This document shows, in pieces, positions 9,335-17,386 of a DNA stretch of 43,567 bases. Every line of letters starts with the position of its first letter. Position 1 is the first letter of the stretch. Made by a program: the position numbers and the translations under genes. This DNA comes from an uncultured Holophagaceae bacterium (GTDB lineage Bacteria > Acidobacteriota > Holophagae > Holophagales > Holophagaceae), in NCBI GenBank assembly GCA_903890595.1, contig CAITBU010000053.1, positions 1 through 43,567 of the forward strand. The letters are read 5' to 3'. Below the pieces are notes generated by a model. The model was not told where the DNA came from. It saw only the letters and a list, made by a program, of their open reading frames with translations, and searched no databases.

Positions 9335-9374
9335 AGCTCACTCGTATTCCATGGGAGCCGCCTTGAGCGTCTGC

Positions 9375-10238
9375 ATGCCACCCTCCCCCCACCTCCTCCG
9401 CTGGCGGATTCTGCCCCTCCTGGTGTTCCTGCTCGCTTCTGAAACAGCCAGCGCTTGCACCCTGTACGCAGCTCACGGCGCCCGTGTGGCTGGAGGCGGC
9501 ACCCTCATCGTGAAGGTACGTGACTGGACTCCAGGCGACCACCAAGTGCTCGAGCGGGTCACGCCTCCCAGGGGTTACTCCTACTACGCCCTGGTCACGG
9601 AGGGCGAGGATCCCGGCATCAAAGCAGGAGTCAACGAGCGGGGCCTGGTGGTGGAGAGCGCCACCGCCAGCAGCATCCCCAAGCCGGATCGCCAGGAGCC
9701 CGAGTCCACGATGGGTCTGCTGCGCAAATTGCTCGCGGAGTGCGCCACTGTGGACGATGTGCTGGCGAGAAAAGCCCTCTTCCGCGGGCCGCGCTTCCTG
9801 CTGGTGGCCGACGCGACCCAGGTCGCCTGCATTGAGATTGGACCCCTGGGCCAGGTGCGGGTGGACATTACTCGGGACGGCGTCGCCGCCCACACCAACC
9901 ACTACCTGCCCGGTGCGCTGAGCGGAGCCAACCAGAAGACCCCCGGAGCCAGTAGCCTCTCCCGCTTCAACCGAATCAAGGAGCTGCTGGAGGCGAAGAC
10001 CCCCCACACCATGGACGGCTTCCTGGGCTTCTCCCGGGACCGTCATGCGGGACCCGACCTGAGCATCTTCCGGACGGGTCTCAAGCCCACGGGCACCCGC
10101 ACCATGTCGGTGTGGGCCGTGCGACTTAAGCCGGGCGGCGGCGCGGAAATCGTCGTGCGTCTGCTCAACGCGGGGCAACCCGAGGTGCTCGTCCGGCGCG
10201 ACTTTGCTGAGATCTTCCGGAAGGACCCCGTCCGCTAA
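9375..10238 (+). CDS. Secreted Ntn-hydrolase, peptidase C45 / acyl-CoA:6-APA acyltransferase-like
   Basis: Signal peptide ending ASA directly followed by CT; KVRD, GVNERGL, HTNHY, SLSRF motifs; start could also be 9351. Confidence 0.8.
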   Translation: MPPSPHLLRWRILPLLVFLLASETASACTLYAAHGARVAGGGTLIVKVRDWTPGDHQVLERVTPPRGYSYYALVTEGEDPGIKAGVNERGLVVESATASSIPKPDRQEPESTMGLLRKLLAECATVDDVLARKALFRGPRFLLVADATQVACIEIGPLGQVRVDITRDGVAAHTNHYLPGALSGANQKTPGASSLSRFNRIKELLEAKTPHTMDGFLGFSRDRHAGPDLSIFRTGLKPTGTRTMSVWAVRLKPGGGAEIVVRLLNAGQPEVLVRRDFAEIFRKDPVR

Positions 10239-11086
10239 GGCAGTGCCCCCGTGGCCTGCAGGTGGGACTTGATGGCCGCTGCCATCCCGGCGGCAGTCGC
10301 TGCAGTGGCGGAGCTGGGCGAGCGGAAGCTTAGTCCGAACTCCAGCTGCACCGCGTTCAGGCGATTTGGCGCCGCTTCGGGAAACCCATAGGCCTGTACG
10401 ATGTAGCCGCCCGTAAAGGAGGCATGTTCGCCCGTGGCGCTGGTACCGGGATTGACCGGCAGACTCCGCGCCAGCATCTCTGTTACCAGTCCGTTGGGTG
10501 CCGTTCGATAGAGCGTTGGTAGAGCGGCAGTATTGCCGTTCTGGGTGCCCCGATAGATGAGATTCGAGGTGGTTCCCTGCCCGTGGACATCGATGAGGAT
10601 GGCGCCTGTCGAAGACTGTGCCTTGGCGGCATTCACGGCGGTCTGGATGGCCGTGTGATAGAAGGCATAGATGGGAGCTACCGTTGCTGTTTCATAGGCC
10701 TCCGCAGCACTCCGATTGAAGTCCACATACTTCCGGCTCACCTGGGACGCCACCAGATGTGCCTTCTTGCCGGTCAGTGCGAAGAGCTGACTCTGGATCG
10801 CAAGGCCGAGCTCGTACGTGTTCGTGTCGAGCACGGTGGTGGCATCCGTTGCGACCCGCTCTGGCACACCGGGTAACACGGCTGATCCACCATGTGGAAC
10901 TGAGAGCACCACCGGCAGGGTCCCGCTTTCCACCAGGACGTAACTGGCTGGGCTCAGTGGATCGATCTTGACTGCGTTCCCAGCCCCACTTCCAGCGCCA
11001 CCACAGGCGGCACCCGCCAGGACGGCTGTAAGCAGGGAGAACAGTCGAAGGACGCGACGGTGGTTTCGAATAAACGTTTGGATCAT
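10235..11086 (-). CDS. N-formylglutamate amidohydrolase-like lipoprotein (copy 1)
   Basis: SVPHGG, DTNT, RKYVDFNR, YH, IDVHG, FTGGYIV, AVQLEFG; lipobox-like LAGAAC. Confidence 0.82.
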   Translation of the reverse strand: MIQTFIRNHRRVLRLFSLLTAVLAGAACGGAGSGAGNAVKIDPLSPASYVLVESGTLPVVLSVPHGGSAVLPGVPERVATDATTVLDTNTYELGLAIQSQLFALTGKKAHLVASQVSRKYVDFNRSAAEAYETATVAPIYAFYHTAIQTAVNAAKAQSSTGAILIDVHGQGTTSNLIYRGTQNGNTAALPTLYRTAPNGLVTEMLARSLPVNPGTSATGEHASFTGGYIVQAYGFPEAAPNRLNAVQLEFGLSFRSPSSATAATAAGMAAAIKSHLQATGALP

Positions 11087-11122
11087 TTTGGGTGTCCTCG
11101 GGCAGGTGGCCCGCAAGCCTTC

Positions 11123-11160
11123 GGAAATTAACAGGGATTAACCGGCCTGTGGCACACACT
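11123..11160 (+). promoter_or_regulatory. Tandem direct-repeat box plus -10-like hexamer, copy 3 (upstream of racemase/amidohydrolase genes)
   Basis: Plus strand GGAAATTAACAGGGATTAACCG-N10-CACACT. Confidence 0.75.
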
Positions 11161-11220
11161 TCTTCATCCGCCATTCATCCAGGGGCGGCTCTGAACCCGT
11201 GTCGGAAGAAGGGTGACTGC

Positions 11221-12258
11221 ATGACCAACTGGCTTAGAAAACACCTCCACTTCAGCGCAATCTGGCTGGTCGTCGGGCTCCTCCTGCTCGTCCTTCCGCT
11301 GGGCGCTCAAGAGGACATTTCGGCACTTCGGAAGCGCCTCGAAGCCAAAGCGTCGGTCACCATCCTCGTCACGGATTCCGGTCTGGGTGGCCTCTCTGTG
11401 GTGGCCGGAATCGAAGAGCGGGCCCGGGCCAGCCGTACCTTCAGAAAGGTTCGCCTGGTGTTCGTCAACGCCATGCCAACAGCCAAGAAGGGCTACAACA
11501 AGATGTCCCCGGAGGAAAAGGTCAGCGTGTTCAACGACGCGCTGAAGGCCATGGCTACCCGGTTTAAGCCGGATGCCATCCTGATCGCCTGCAACACTCT
11601 GAGCGTCGTCTATCCCGACACGCCCTTTGCACGCACCACCAAGGTCCCGATCGTTGGCATTGTCGGCCTTGGGATCGACATGATTGCCGAGTCCCTCGTC
11701 CGCACGCCCAAGAGCGTCGCCATGATCTATGGGACGGAGACCACGATTGAGTCCAATGCCTACCGCGATGGGCTGGTGAAGAAGGGCATTCCACTAGAGC
11801 GCATCGTGTCGGTGCCTTGCTCTGGACTGGCCATCAAGATTCAGAACGATGCAGCCAGCGAGGCCGTGAAAGTGGCCATCAACGGCTTCGTTCGCGCCGG
11901 CATGACCACACGGCCCACCCCTGACGCCAAGGTTGTGGTCGGGCTCTGCTGCACGCACTATGGCTATTCCAGCACCCTCTTTTCGACGAGCACGCTGGAG
12001 GCGGGGGCCGCTGCGGTGGAGTTGGTCGACCCCAACATTCGGATGAGTGCACTCCTCTTCAGGCCGAAGCCCACCCGCAGGTACCCACGGGTGAACACCG
12101 CGGTGGAGGTCTTCTCCCGGGGCGAGCTCCTTCCGGAAGCCCGAAAGAACATCGGTGATCTGGTCCGGCCTGCCTCCCCGAAAACAGCCGAGGCACTCCT
12201 TGGCTACACCCATGATCCGGAGCTCTGGGCTTATCCGAGCCCCACCGTCCCCAAGTAA
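11221..12258 (+). CDS. Aspartate/glutamate racemase family protein with N-terminal signal peptide
   Basis: MurI-type motifs DSGLGGLSV, ACNTL, CCTHYG (both catalytic Cys present); leader MTNWLRKHLHFSAIWLVVGLLLLVLPLGA|QED. Confidence 0.87.
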   Translation: MTNWLRKHLHFSAIWLVVGLLLLVLPLGAQEDISALRKRLEAKASVTILVTDSGLGGLSVVAGIEERARASRTFRKVRLVFVNAMPTAKKGYNKMSPEEKVSVFNDALKAMATRFKPDAILIACNTLSVVYPDTPFARTTKVPIVGIVGLGIDMIAESLVRTPKSVAMIYGTETTIESNAYRDGLVKKGIPLERIVSVPCSGLAIKIQNDAASEAVKVAINGFVRAGMTTRPTPDAKVVVGLCCTHYGYSSTLFSTSTLEAGAAAVELVDPNIRMSALLFRPKPTRRYPRVNTAVEVFSRGELLPEARKNIGDLVRPASPKTAEALLGYTHDPELWAYPSPTVPK

Positions 12259-12308
12259 TCCATGGTCTGATTTTCTCGGACTGATTCCACCAAGCCCAGG
12301 AGTATGGC

Positions 12309-13172
12309 ATGCGCTTACAGCCCGCCCTTTTCGCCACCCGAAGCACGCTGGTGGCCATCCCGCTCCTGGCCTGGACGATCGCCTGCGGACCGGTATCCAC
12401 CCTTCCAACAGGGGTCGTTCAACCGGCCGTGGTGGCCCAGATGGAGTCCCTGGTACACCTCCAAAAGGGTGAATTGCCGATTCTCATCTCGGCTCCCCAT
12501 GGTGGTCGCAAGGACATCCCCGGCTCAAGGCACCGCACGGGCCAGGGTATGGCCACGGGTGGCGCGGGCTTTAGCACTGCCTGGGATGCTGGGACGGAAG
12601 AACTGGCACTGGAACTGGCGGCTGAAGTCCTGCGCCTAACCGGCAAGAAGCCCTACCTCGTGGTGGGCTCGTTCAAGCGCAATTTCCTGGACTGCAACCG
12701 GCCCCCTGCCATCGCCTATTCCGATCCGGCGGCCCGAGCGGTCTACGAGGTCTACCACGGGGCCCTCCGGGAAGACTGCAAGGAAATCGTGACCCGGTTC
12801 GGCAGCGGACTGGTGGTTGATCTGCACCGCCAGGGTACCTCCGCGAACACGGTCTATCGCGGCACGAAAAACGGCAAGAGCGTGACGGCCATGCGGGCCA
12901 AATTCGGCGACGGTATTCACGAAGGACCCGACAGCGTGTTTGGCAGACTCAAGGCCCAGGGGTGGAACGTCCACCCGGACCCCGGCGGCACGGAGCAGTC
13001 CGGATTCTCAGGAGGCTTCATCACCCAGACCTACGGCAGTGAAAGATCACCCACGGATGCCATTCAGTTCGAATTCGGCGCCGACTACTGCAAGTCTGCG
13101 GAGCAGCGTAAGGGCACGGTAAAGGCGCTTGCCTTGGTGCTGGTGGAATTGGCCAAAGGCTACCACCTCTAG
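12309..13172 (+). CDS. N-formylglutamate amidohydrolase-like lipoprotein (copy 2)
   Basis: SAPHGG, WDAGT, RNFLDCNR, YH, VDLH, FSGGFIT, AIQFEFG; lipobox-like WTIAC; AGGAG RBS. Confidence 0.82.
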   Translation: MRLQPALFATRSTLVAIPLLAWTIACGPVSTLPTGVVQPAVVAQMESLVHLQKGELPILISAPHGGRKDIPGSRHRTGQGMATGGAGFSTAWDAGTEELALELAAEVLRLTGKKPYLVVGSFKRNFLDCNRPPAIAYSDPAARAVYEVYHGALREDCKEIVTRFGSGLVVDLHRQGTSANTVYRGTKNGKSVTAMRAKFGDGIHEGPDSVFGRLKAQGWNVHPDPGGTEQSGFSGGFITQTYGSERSPTDAIQFEFGADYCKSAEQRKGTVKALALVLVELAKGYHL

Positions 13173-13241
13173 GAACTCGTCCTGATCTGGGAGCACTGCC
13201 CTCGAGCGACCTTGGGCACAGGATTGCAAGGAGACCTCGAT

Positions 13242-15233
13242 CTACCTGAGGGTCAAGCGCACGTAGCGGCCCTCGGGTGTGTTCTCGAACTGGACCTTGT
13301 TGCCCCAGGTCGCGGGCTCCGGGCTGTGCTTCAGCAGGGCAGCCTTGGCCTGATCAAACTCATCGGCAGACACGGGGCGCGGCTGGTACTTGGTCAGAAT
13401 GTTGTCCGAGACGATGGGGTACAGCTCCAGACTCAGGGCGCCAGAAGGTGTCGCCACCAGCACTGCGGGCAGACCGAATGGGTCCACGCCACTCTTGACA
13501 AAGCGGCCAGCCGAGTTGAAGGCAAAGTTGCCAATGGAATAGGCAATCCAGCGGTTCTTGTACTGCTCAATCTCACCCATCATGTGCGCGCCGTGGCCAA
13601 GCACAAGATCCACCCCCGCATCGATGGCGCCATGGGCTGTGGTCGTCTGCTCCGCATTGCGCCATTTGTAGTTCTGTCCCCAGTGGGGAAAGTAGACGAC
13701 GAAGGCATTCGTGTCTGCCTTGCGGATGGTTTCCACCTGACGCTTCAGGATGCCCAGGTCGATGGCCGCCACGCCTGGACGACTGGGCTTGGCATAGAAC
13801 TGGTACTTCGTGTCGTACTCGGCTTCGCGGTACTCGAAGGCGGTGATGACATAGAGGCTAAAGCTCCGACTCCCAACCTGGAAGCTGCGGTGCCAAGGCG
13901 CCCTAGCACCTTCCTCGTTCAGGCCGGCACCGAAGGTCGTAATGCCCTTGGCGGAGAGCGTGGACAAGGTCTGGAGGAGACCTTCCTGGCCGAGGTCAGC
14001 CGTGTGGTTATTCGCCAGTCCGACGACCGTGATGTTGTGGCGCAGCAGGGCGGCGGGAGTCTGGATTGGATCAGCGTAGTGAACATAGTCCTTCTGGCCC
14101 GCGAAGGGTGAAGTCCGGGTCTGGGCCACGGGCGTCTCGAGGTTCGCCACCACGACCTGGGCGGATTTCAGCAGGGGAGCCAGCTTCTCCAGGGAATAAT
14201 CGTAGCCCTTAGCCTTCAGGATGTGTCCCTTGCCGGCCTTTTCGTATTCATCCTGGTAGCTCTCGCCCCAACCAAGATCACCTGCGAACAGCACCCGCAG
14301 GGGGGTGGTGGCCGCCTGGAGACTCGAGGTCGGATTCCCCGCGCCGGCGAAGAGCACCCTTTCGGCATGCACCGACATCTTCTTGTCGTTATGGGGGACA
14401 CCAGGGGCCGTGACCAGCTGCCAGCGAAACGGAACCTTGAGGCGCTCTGCCTGCGTCCGCGCCGCTTCGAAGTAGGCCTTGCCACGGGCGAGGCGGAAGG
14501 CCCCCTGGGCCATGGCGCCGGGGGTTCGCCGGAGCTGCTTGTGGTTGGGATCAATGTCCTGATCGCCCAATAGGATGGTTATGGGTAGGCCAAGGACCTG
14601 TTTGAGGCGGGCATCGTCGCAGACGGTGCCACCCGTGCCATAGGGGAAGGCGATCGCTGGATCAGGGAACATGTACCAGCCCGCATTGGCGCTTACGATA
14701 CGCAGGGCCTTGGCGGTTGGCTTGAAGAAGGCCAGGCGATGTACGAACTGACTTCCAGCGGAGTGGCCGTAGAGGAGATAGCCAGGTGTCGTCAGGTTCA
14801 ACTGCGCGGCGGCTGCATCGAAGATCGGATCGAGATAGGAAAAGGTCCACTGGGCCTCTGGTATTGGCACAGGGAGCTTGTCCTCCTCATTGAAATTTCC
14901 GAAGACATTGCCGAAGTTGTACTGAGAGTCCGAGGGGAAATCGGTCTTTGAGAACTCCGGGCAAAGCAGCACAGCCCCTCGGCGTTCAGCAATCTCGCTC
15001 CAGTCGTCGCGGTAGCGGTCGGCGTCTCGGGTTACACCGTGCATGACCATGAGCACCGGCGCATCCGGTTTGCAGTTGGCGGGCACGCTGTAGAACACCC
15101 GGAGGGGACGCCCCTGGTTGATGGCAGCAGCTCTGAATGTGATGCTGCCTTTCCCAGGCTGAAGGGAAGTGGACGGGCTCTGGGCCCATACAGGCAGGAC
15201 GAGAAGGAGAGCGGTGAGACAGGCCAGCTTCAT
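13242..15233 (-). CDS. Secreted fusion: alpha/beta hydrolase plus CapA (PGA_cap, metallophosphoesterase-like) domain
   Basis: Signal peptide VLPVWA|Q; hydrolase MHG, GHSAG, GDQD, GVPH; CapA motifs FAGD, NLETPV, LANNHTAD, PHWG, VLGHGAH, YSIGNF; ATGA overlap with upstream peptidase. Confidence 0.87.
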   Translation of the reverse strand: MKLACLTALLLVLPVWAQSPSTSLQPGKGSITFRAAAINQGRPLRVFYSVPANCKPDAPVLMVMHGVTRDADRYRDDWSEIAERRGAVLLCPEFSKTDFPSDSQYNFGNVFGNFNEEDKLPVPIPEAQWTFSYLDPIFDAAAAQLNLTTPGYLLYGHSAGSQFVHRLAFFKPTAKALRIVSANAGWYMFPDPAIAFPYGTGGTVCDDARLKQVLGLPITILLGDQDIDPNHKQLRRTPGAMAQGAFRLARGKAYFEAARTQAERLKVPFRWQLVTAPGVPHNDKKMSVHAERVLFAGAGNPTSSLQAATTPLRVLFAGDLGWGESYQDEYEKAGKGHILKAKGYDYSLEKLAPLLKSAQVVVANLETPVAQTRTSPFAGQKDYVHYADPIQTPAALLRHNITVVGLANNHTADLGQEGLLQTLSTLSAKGITTFGAGLNEEGARAPWHRSFQVGSRSFSLYVITAFEYREAEYDTKYQFYAKPSRPGVAAIDLGILKRQVETIRKADTNAFVVYFPHWGQNYKWRNAEQTTTAHGAIDAGVDLVLGHGAHMMGEIEQYKNRWIAYSIGNFAFNSAGRFVKSGVDPFGLPAVLVATPSGALSLELYPIVSDNILTKYQPRPVSADEFDQAKAALLKHSPEPATWGNKVQFENTPEGRYVRLTLR

Positions 15234-16378
15234 ACTTCACCTCCTGGAACGGGGAGAGCTTTCGCTGCGAGACTTTGGATGATGGACAGGCCGATGCTCA
15301 CGGAATCCACCAGGCACTGGACGGGCATGGCTTCCTGGTGGGAGTGCACGTTGCGGTAGCCGAGGCCGAGGTTCACACAGGCGATGCCGCGGCCATTGAG
15401 GACATTGGCGTCACTGCCGCCTGGGTAACGCAGTGATTTGGGTTCAAAGCCTGCTGCGGCGATGCCTTGGGTCACGGCACAGACAATGGGTTCTTCAGGG
15501 TCCAGGGAAAACCCATCGTATTTCGGGGTCCAGGTCAGATCCACAGAACCCCCAGCCGCAGCCGCCGACTCTTCAAAGGCCTCCCGGACATGAGCCTTCT
15601 GAGTCTGCAGTTCCTCCGGGTGAGGGCTCCGGAACTCTCCAAGGATCTCCACACGGTCAGGGATCACATTGATGGCGGTCCCGCCCCGGATGGTCCCGAT
15701 GTTAAGCATTCCGGTGGTACCCCAGCGGCCCTGCTTCAGGCGAGAGATGGCCTGGGCGGCGATCTGGATGGCGTGGACGCCCTTCTCGGGCCAAACCGCG
15801 GCGTGGGCGGCCCGCCCATGCACCACGGCCTCGAAGACGACGGCGGCCGGAGCCTCGACCACGAAGCTTCCGCAGGGTGCCGAACTATCGAAGATGAGTC
15901 CCACGGTCGCTTTTAGGTTGGAGACATCCAGGGCCTTGGCGCCATGCATGCCAGCTTCTTCGCACACCGTGAAGACCAGGTCCAGTGGACCATGGGGAAT
16001 GTTGCGCTCAGAGAGCTGCTGCAAGATCTCAATGATGATGGCGATCCCGGCCCGATCGTCCGCTCCCAGGATGGTGGAACCGTCCGAGGTGATGAGGTCC
16101 TCCGCAGGGAACTGCGGTTTCAACCCCAGGGTGGGAGCTACCGTATCCAGGTGCGCACAGAGCAGGAGAGCGGGTACCGGGAGGGTCCCCGGCACGTGGC
16201 CGATGAGGTTCCCGGACTGACCTCCAAACGTAGATCCCGCCCCATCCATGGTTGTGACGATCGACAGTTCCGAAAGGCGCTGTCTCACGACCTCCGCCAC
16301 GCCACCTTCATTCCCGGAGGTACCGTCCACTTTGGCCAGCTGAAGAAACAGCTCGATGACCCGAACCTGATCTGCCAT
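15230..16378 (-). CDS. M20-family metallopeptidase, peptidase T-like (cytoplasmic)
   Basis: AHLDTV, LGADDRAG, TVCEEAG, GGSDAN, VHSHQE; no signal peptide. Confidence 0.9.
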   Translation of the reverse strand: MADQVRVIELFLQLAKVDGTSGNEGGVAEVVRQRLSELSIVTTMDGAGSTFGGQSGNLIGHVPGTLPVPALLLCAHLDTVAPTLGLKPQFPAEDLITSDGSTILGADDRAGIAIIIEILQQLSERNIPHGPLDLVFTVCEEAGMHGAKALDVSNLKATVGLIFDSSAPCGSFVVEAPAAVVFEAVVHGRAAHAAVWPEKGVHAIQIAAQAISRLKQGRWGTTGMLNIGTIRGGTAINVIPDRVEILGEFRSPHPEELQTQKAHVREAFEESAAAAGGSVDLTWTPKYDGFSLDPEEPIVCAVTQGIAAAGFEPKSLRYPGGSDANVLNGRGIACVNLGLGYRNVHSHQEAMPVQCLVDSVSIGLSIIQSLAAKALPVPGGEV

Positions 16379-16406
16379 GGAATTTTTCCAGTCAGTTTGA
16401 CTTTTT

Positions 16407-16424
16407 TTGGAACAAAGGTTCCAA
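16407..16424. promoter_or_regulatory. Perfect palindrome, candidate RpiR/MurR operator
   Basis: TTGGAAC-AAAG-GTTCCAA between the divergent peptidase and regulator genes; related TGGAA-N3-TTCCA at 16378-16390. Confidence 0.65.
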
Positions 16425-16431
16425 TGCGACG

Positions 16432-16460
16432 ATAATACCCAGGTGGTAGCCCGCTGTCAA
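16432..16460 (-). promoter_or_regulatory. Sigma70-type promoter for the M20 peptidase / CapA-fusion operon
   Basis: Minus strand TTGACA (16460-16455) - 17 nt - TATTAT (16437-16432). Confidence 0.7.
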
Positions 16461-16504
16461 AAATCAGCTCCCCCATGGGAAACCGGTGATTTCGAGGTTG
16501 GAAG

Positions 16505-17365
16505 ATGAAGAATGAGCCCTCGTTCAAACGCCTGCAGGGCGCGATTCTGGCGATCCAGGATGCCCTGACTCCCACCGAGCGCCTCATTGCCAGCTATCTG
16601 CTGGAGCATCCCCGCAGTGTGGCTCTGATGCCGATTCAGGAGTTGGCTTCCAGACTTGAGGCCGGTCCCGCCTCCATCATCCGGGTCATGCAGAAGCTTG
16701 GCTACAAGGGGTATTCCGAGCTGAAGCGAGACTTGCAGCAGGAGCTGCGAGGGAACGACTCCCCGTTGGAGCGCTTCAAGCTCGCCCTGGACCGCCGCAC
16801 CGACCTGGACTTCTCGGACATCCACGCCATCGCCAGTCAAGAGATGGATAACCTGCGGACGACGCTGGAGCGGGTGGATAGCGCCAGCCTGGCCCAGTCC
16901 GTGAAGCTTGTGAGCCGAGCGAGCCTCGTCTACACCGCAGGGGTCGGCATCTCCTCTCACCTTGCCAGCCTGGCGACCTTCGTGTTCCAGCACATCGGCC
17001 TGCGCGCCTTCCTGGTCCAGCACACCGGGCTGAACCTGGCTGAGCAGCTGGTTTCCATCAGAAAGCAGGATGTGCTCCTCGCCTTCGCCTTCCCCCCGTA
17101 TTCCAGCCAGACCATCGAAGGCGCCGCCCTGGCCAAAGCGCAAGGGGCGAGTGTTATCGGCATCACCAACCAGATCCTCAGCCCCTTGGCAGAGCATTGC
17201 GATGTTGTGCTCGTAGCCAAGACGGATAGCAGCGCGCCGTCCAACTCCCTATCCGCCCCCCTGCTGCTCATCCACGCGATCGCCTCGGCAGTGGCCTCCG
17301 CCAAGCGTCGCCAGTCCTCGAAGGCCATCGAGACGACCATCTCACTCCGCAACCGAAAGCCCTAG
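16505..17365 (+). CDS. MurR/RpiR-family transcriptional regulator (HTH + SIS)
   Basis: LTPTERLIASYLL, ASIIRVMQKLGYKGYSELK HTH; SIS domain GVGISSHLA, FPPYS, IGITN, SPLA. Confidence 0.92.
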   Translation: MKNEPSFKRLQGAILAIQDALTPTERLIASYLLEHPRSVALMPIQELASRLEAGPASIIRVMQKLGYKGYSELKRDLQQELRGNDSPLERFKLALDRRTDLDFSDIHAIASQEMDNLRTTLERVDSASLAQSVKLVSRASLVYTAGVGISSHLASLATFVFQHIGLRAFLVQHTGLNLAEQLVSIRKQDVLLAFAFPPYSSQTIEGAALAKAQGASVIGITNQILSPLAEHCDVVLVAKTDSSAPSNSLSAPLLLIHAIASAVASAKRRQSSKAIETTISLRNRKP

Positions 17366-17386
17366 CCCTGGATTCACAAGGAGCCC

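Noticed and set aside
10235-13172. Histidine utilisation (hut) operon
   Set aside because: No hutH, hutU, hutI or hutF; both amidohydrolase-like proteins carry export signals
13242-14310. Poly-gamma-glutamate capsule biosynthesis operon
   Set aside because: Only a CapA domain is present; no CapB ligase or CapC in the window
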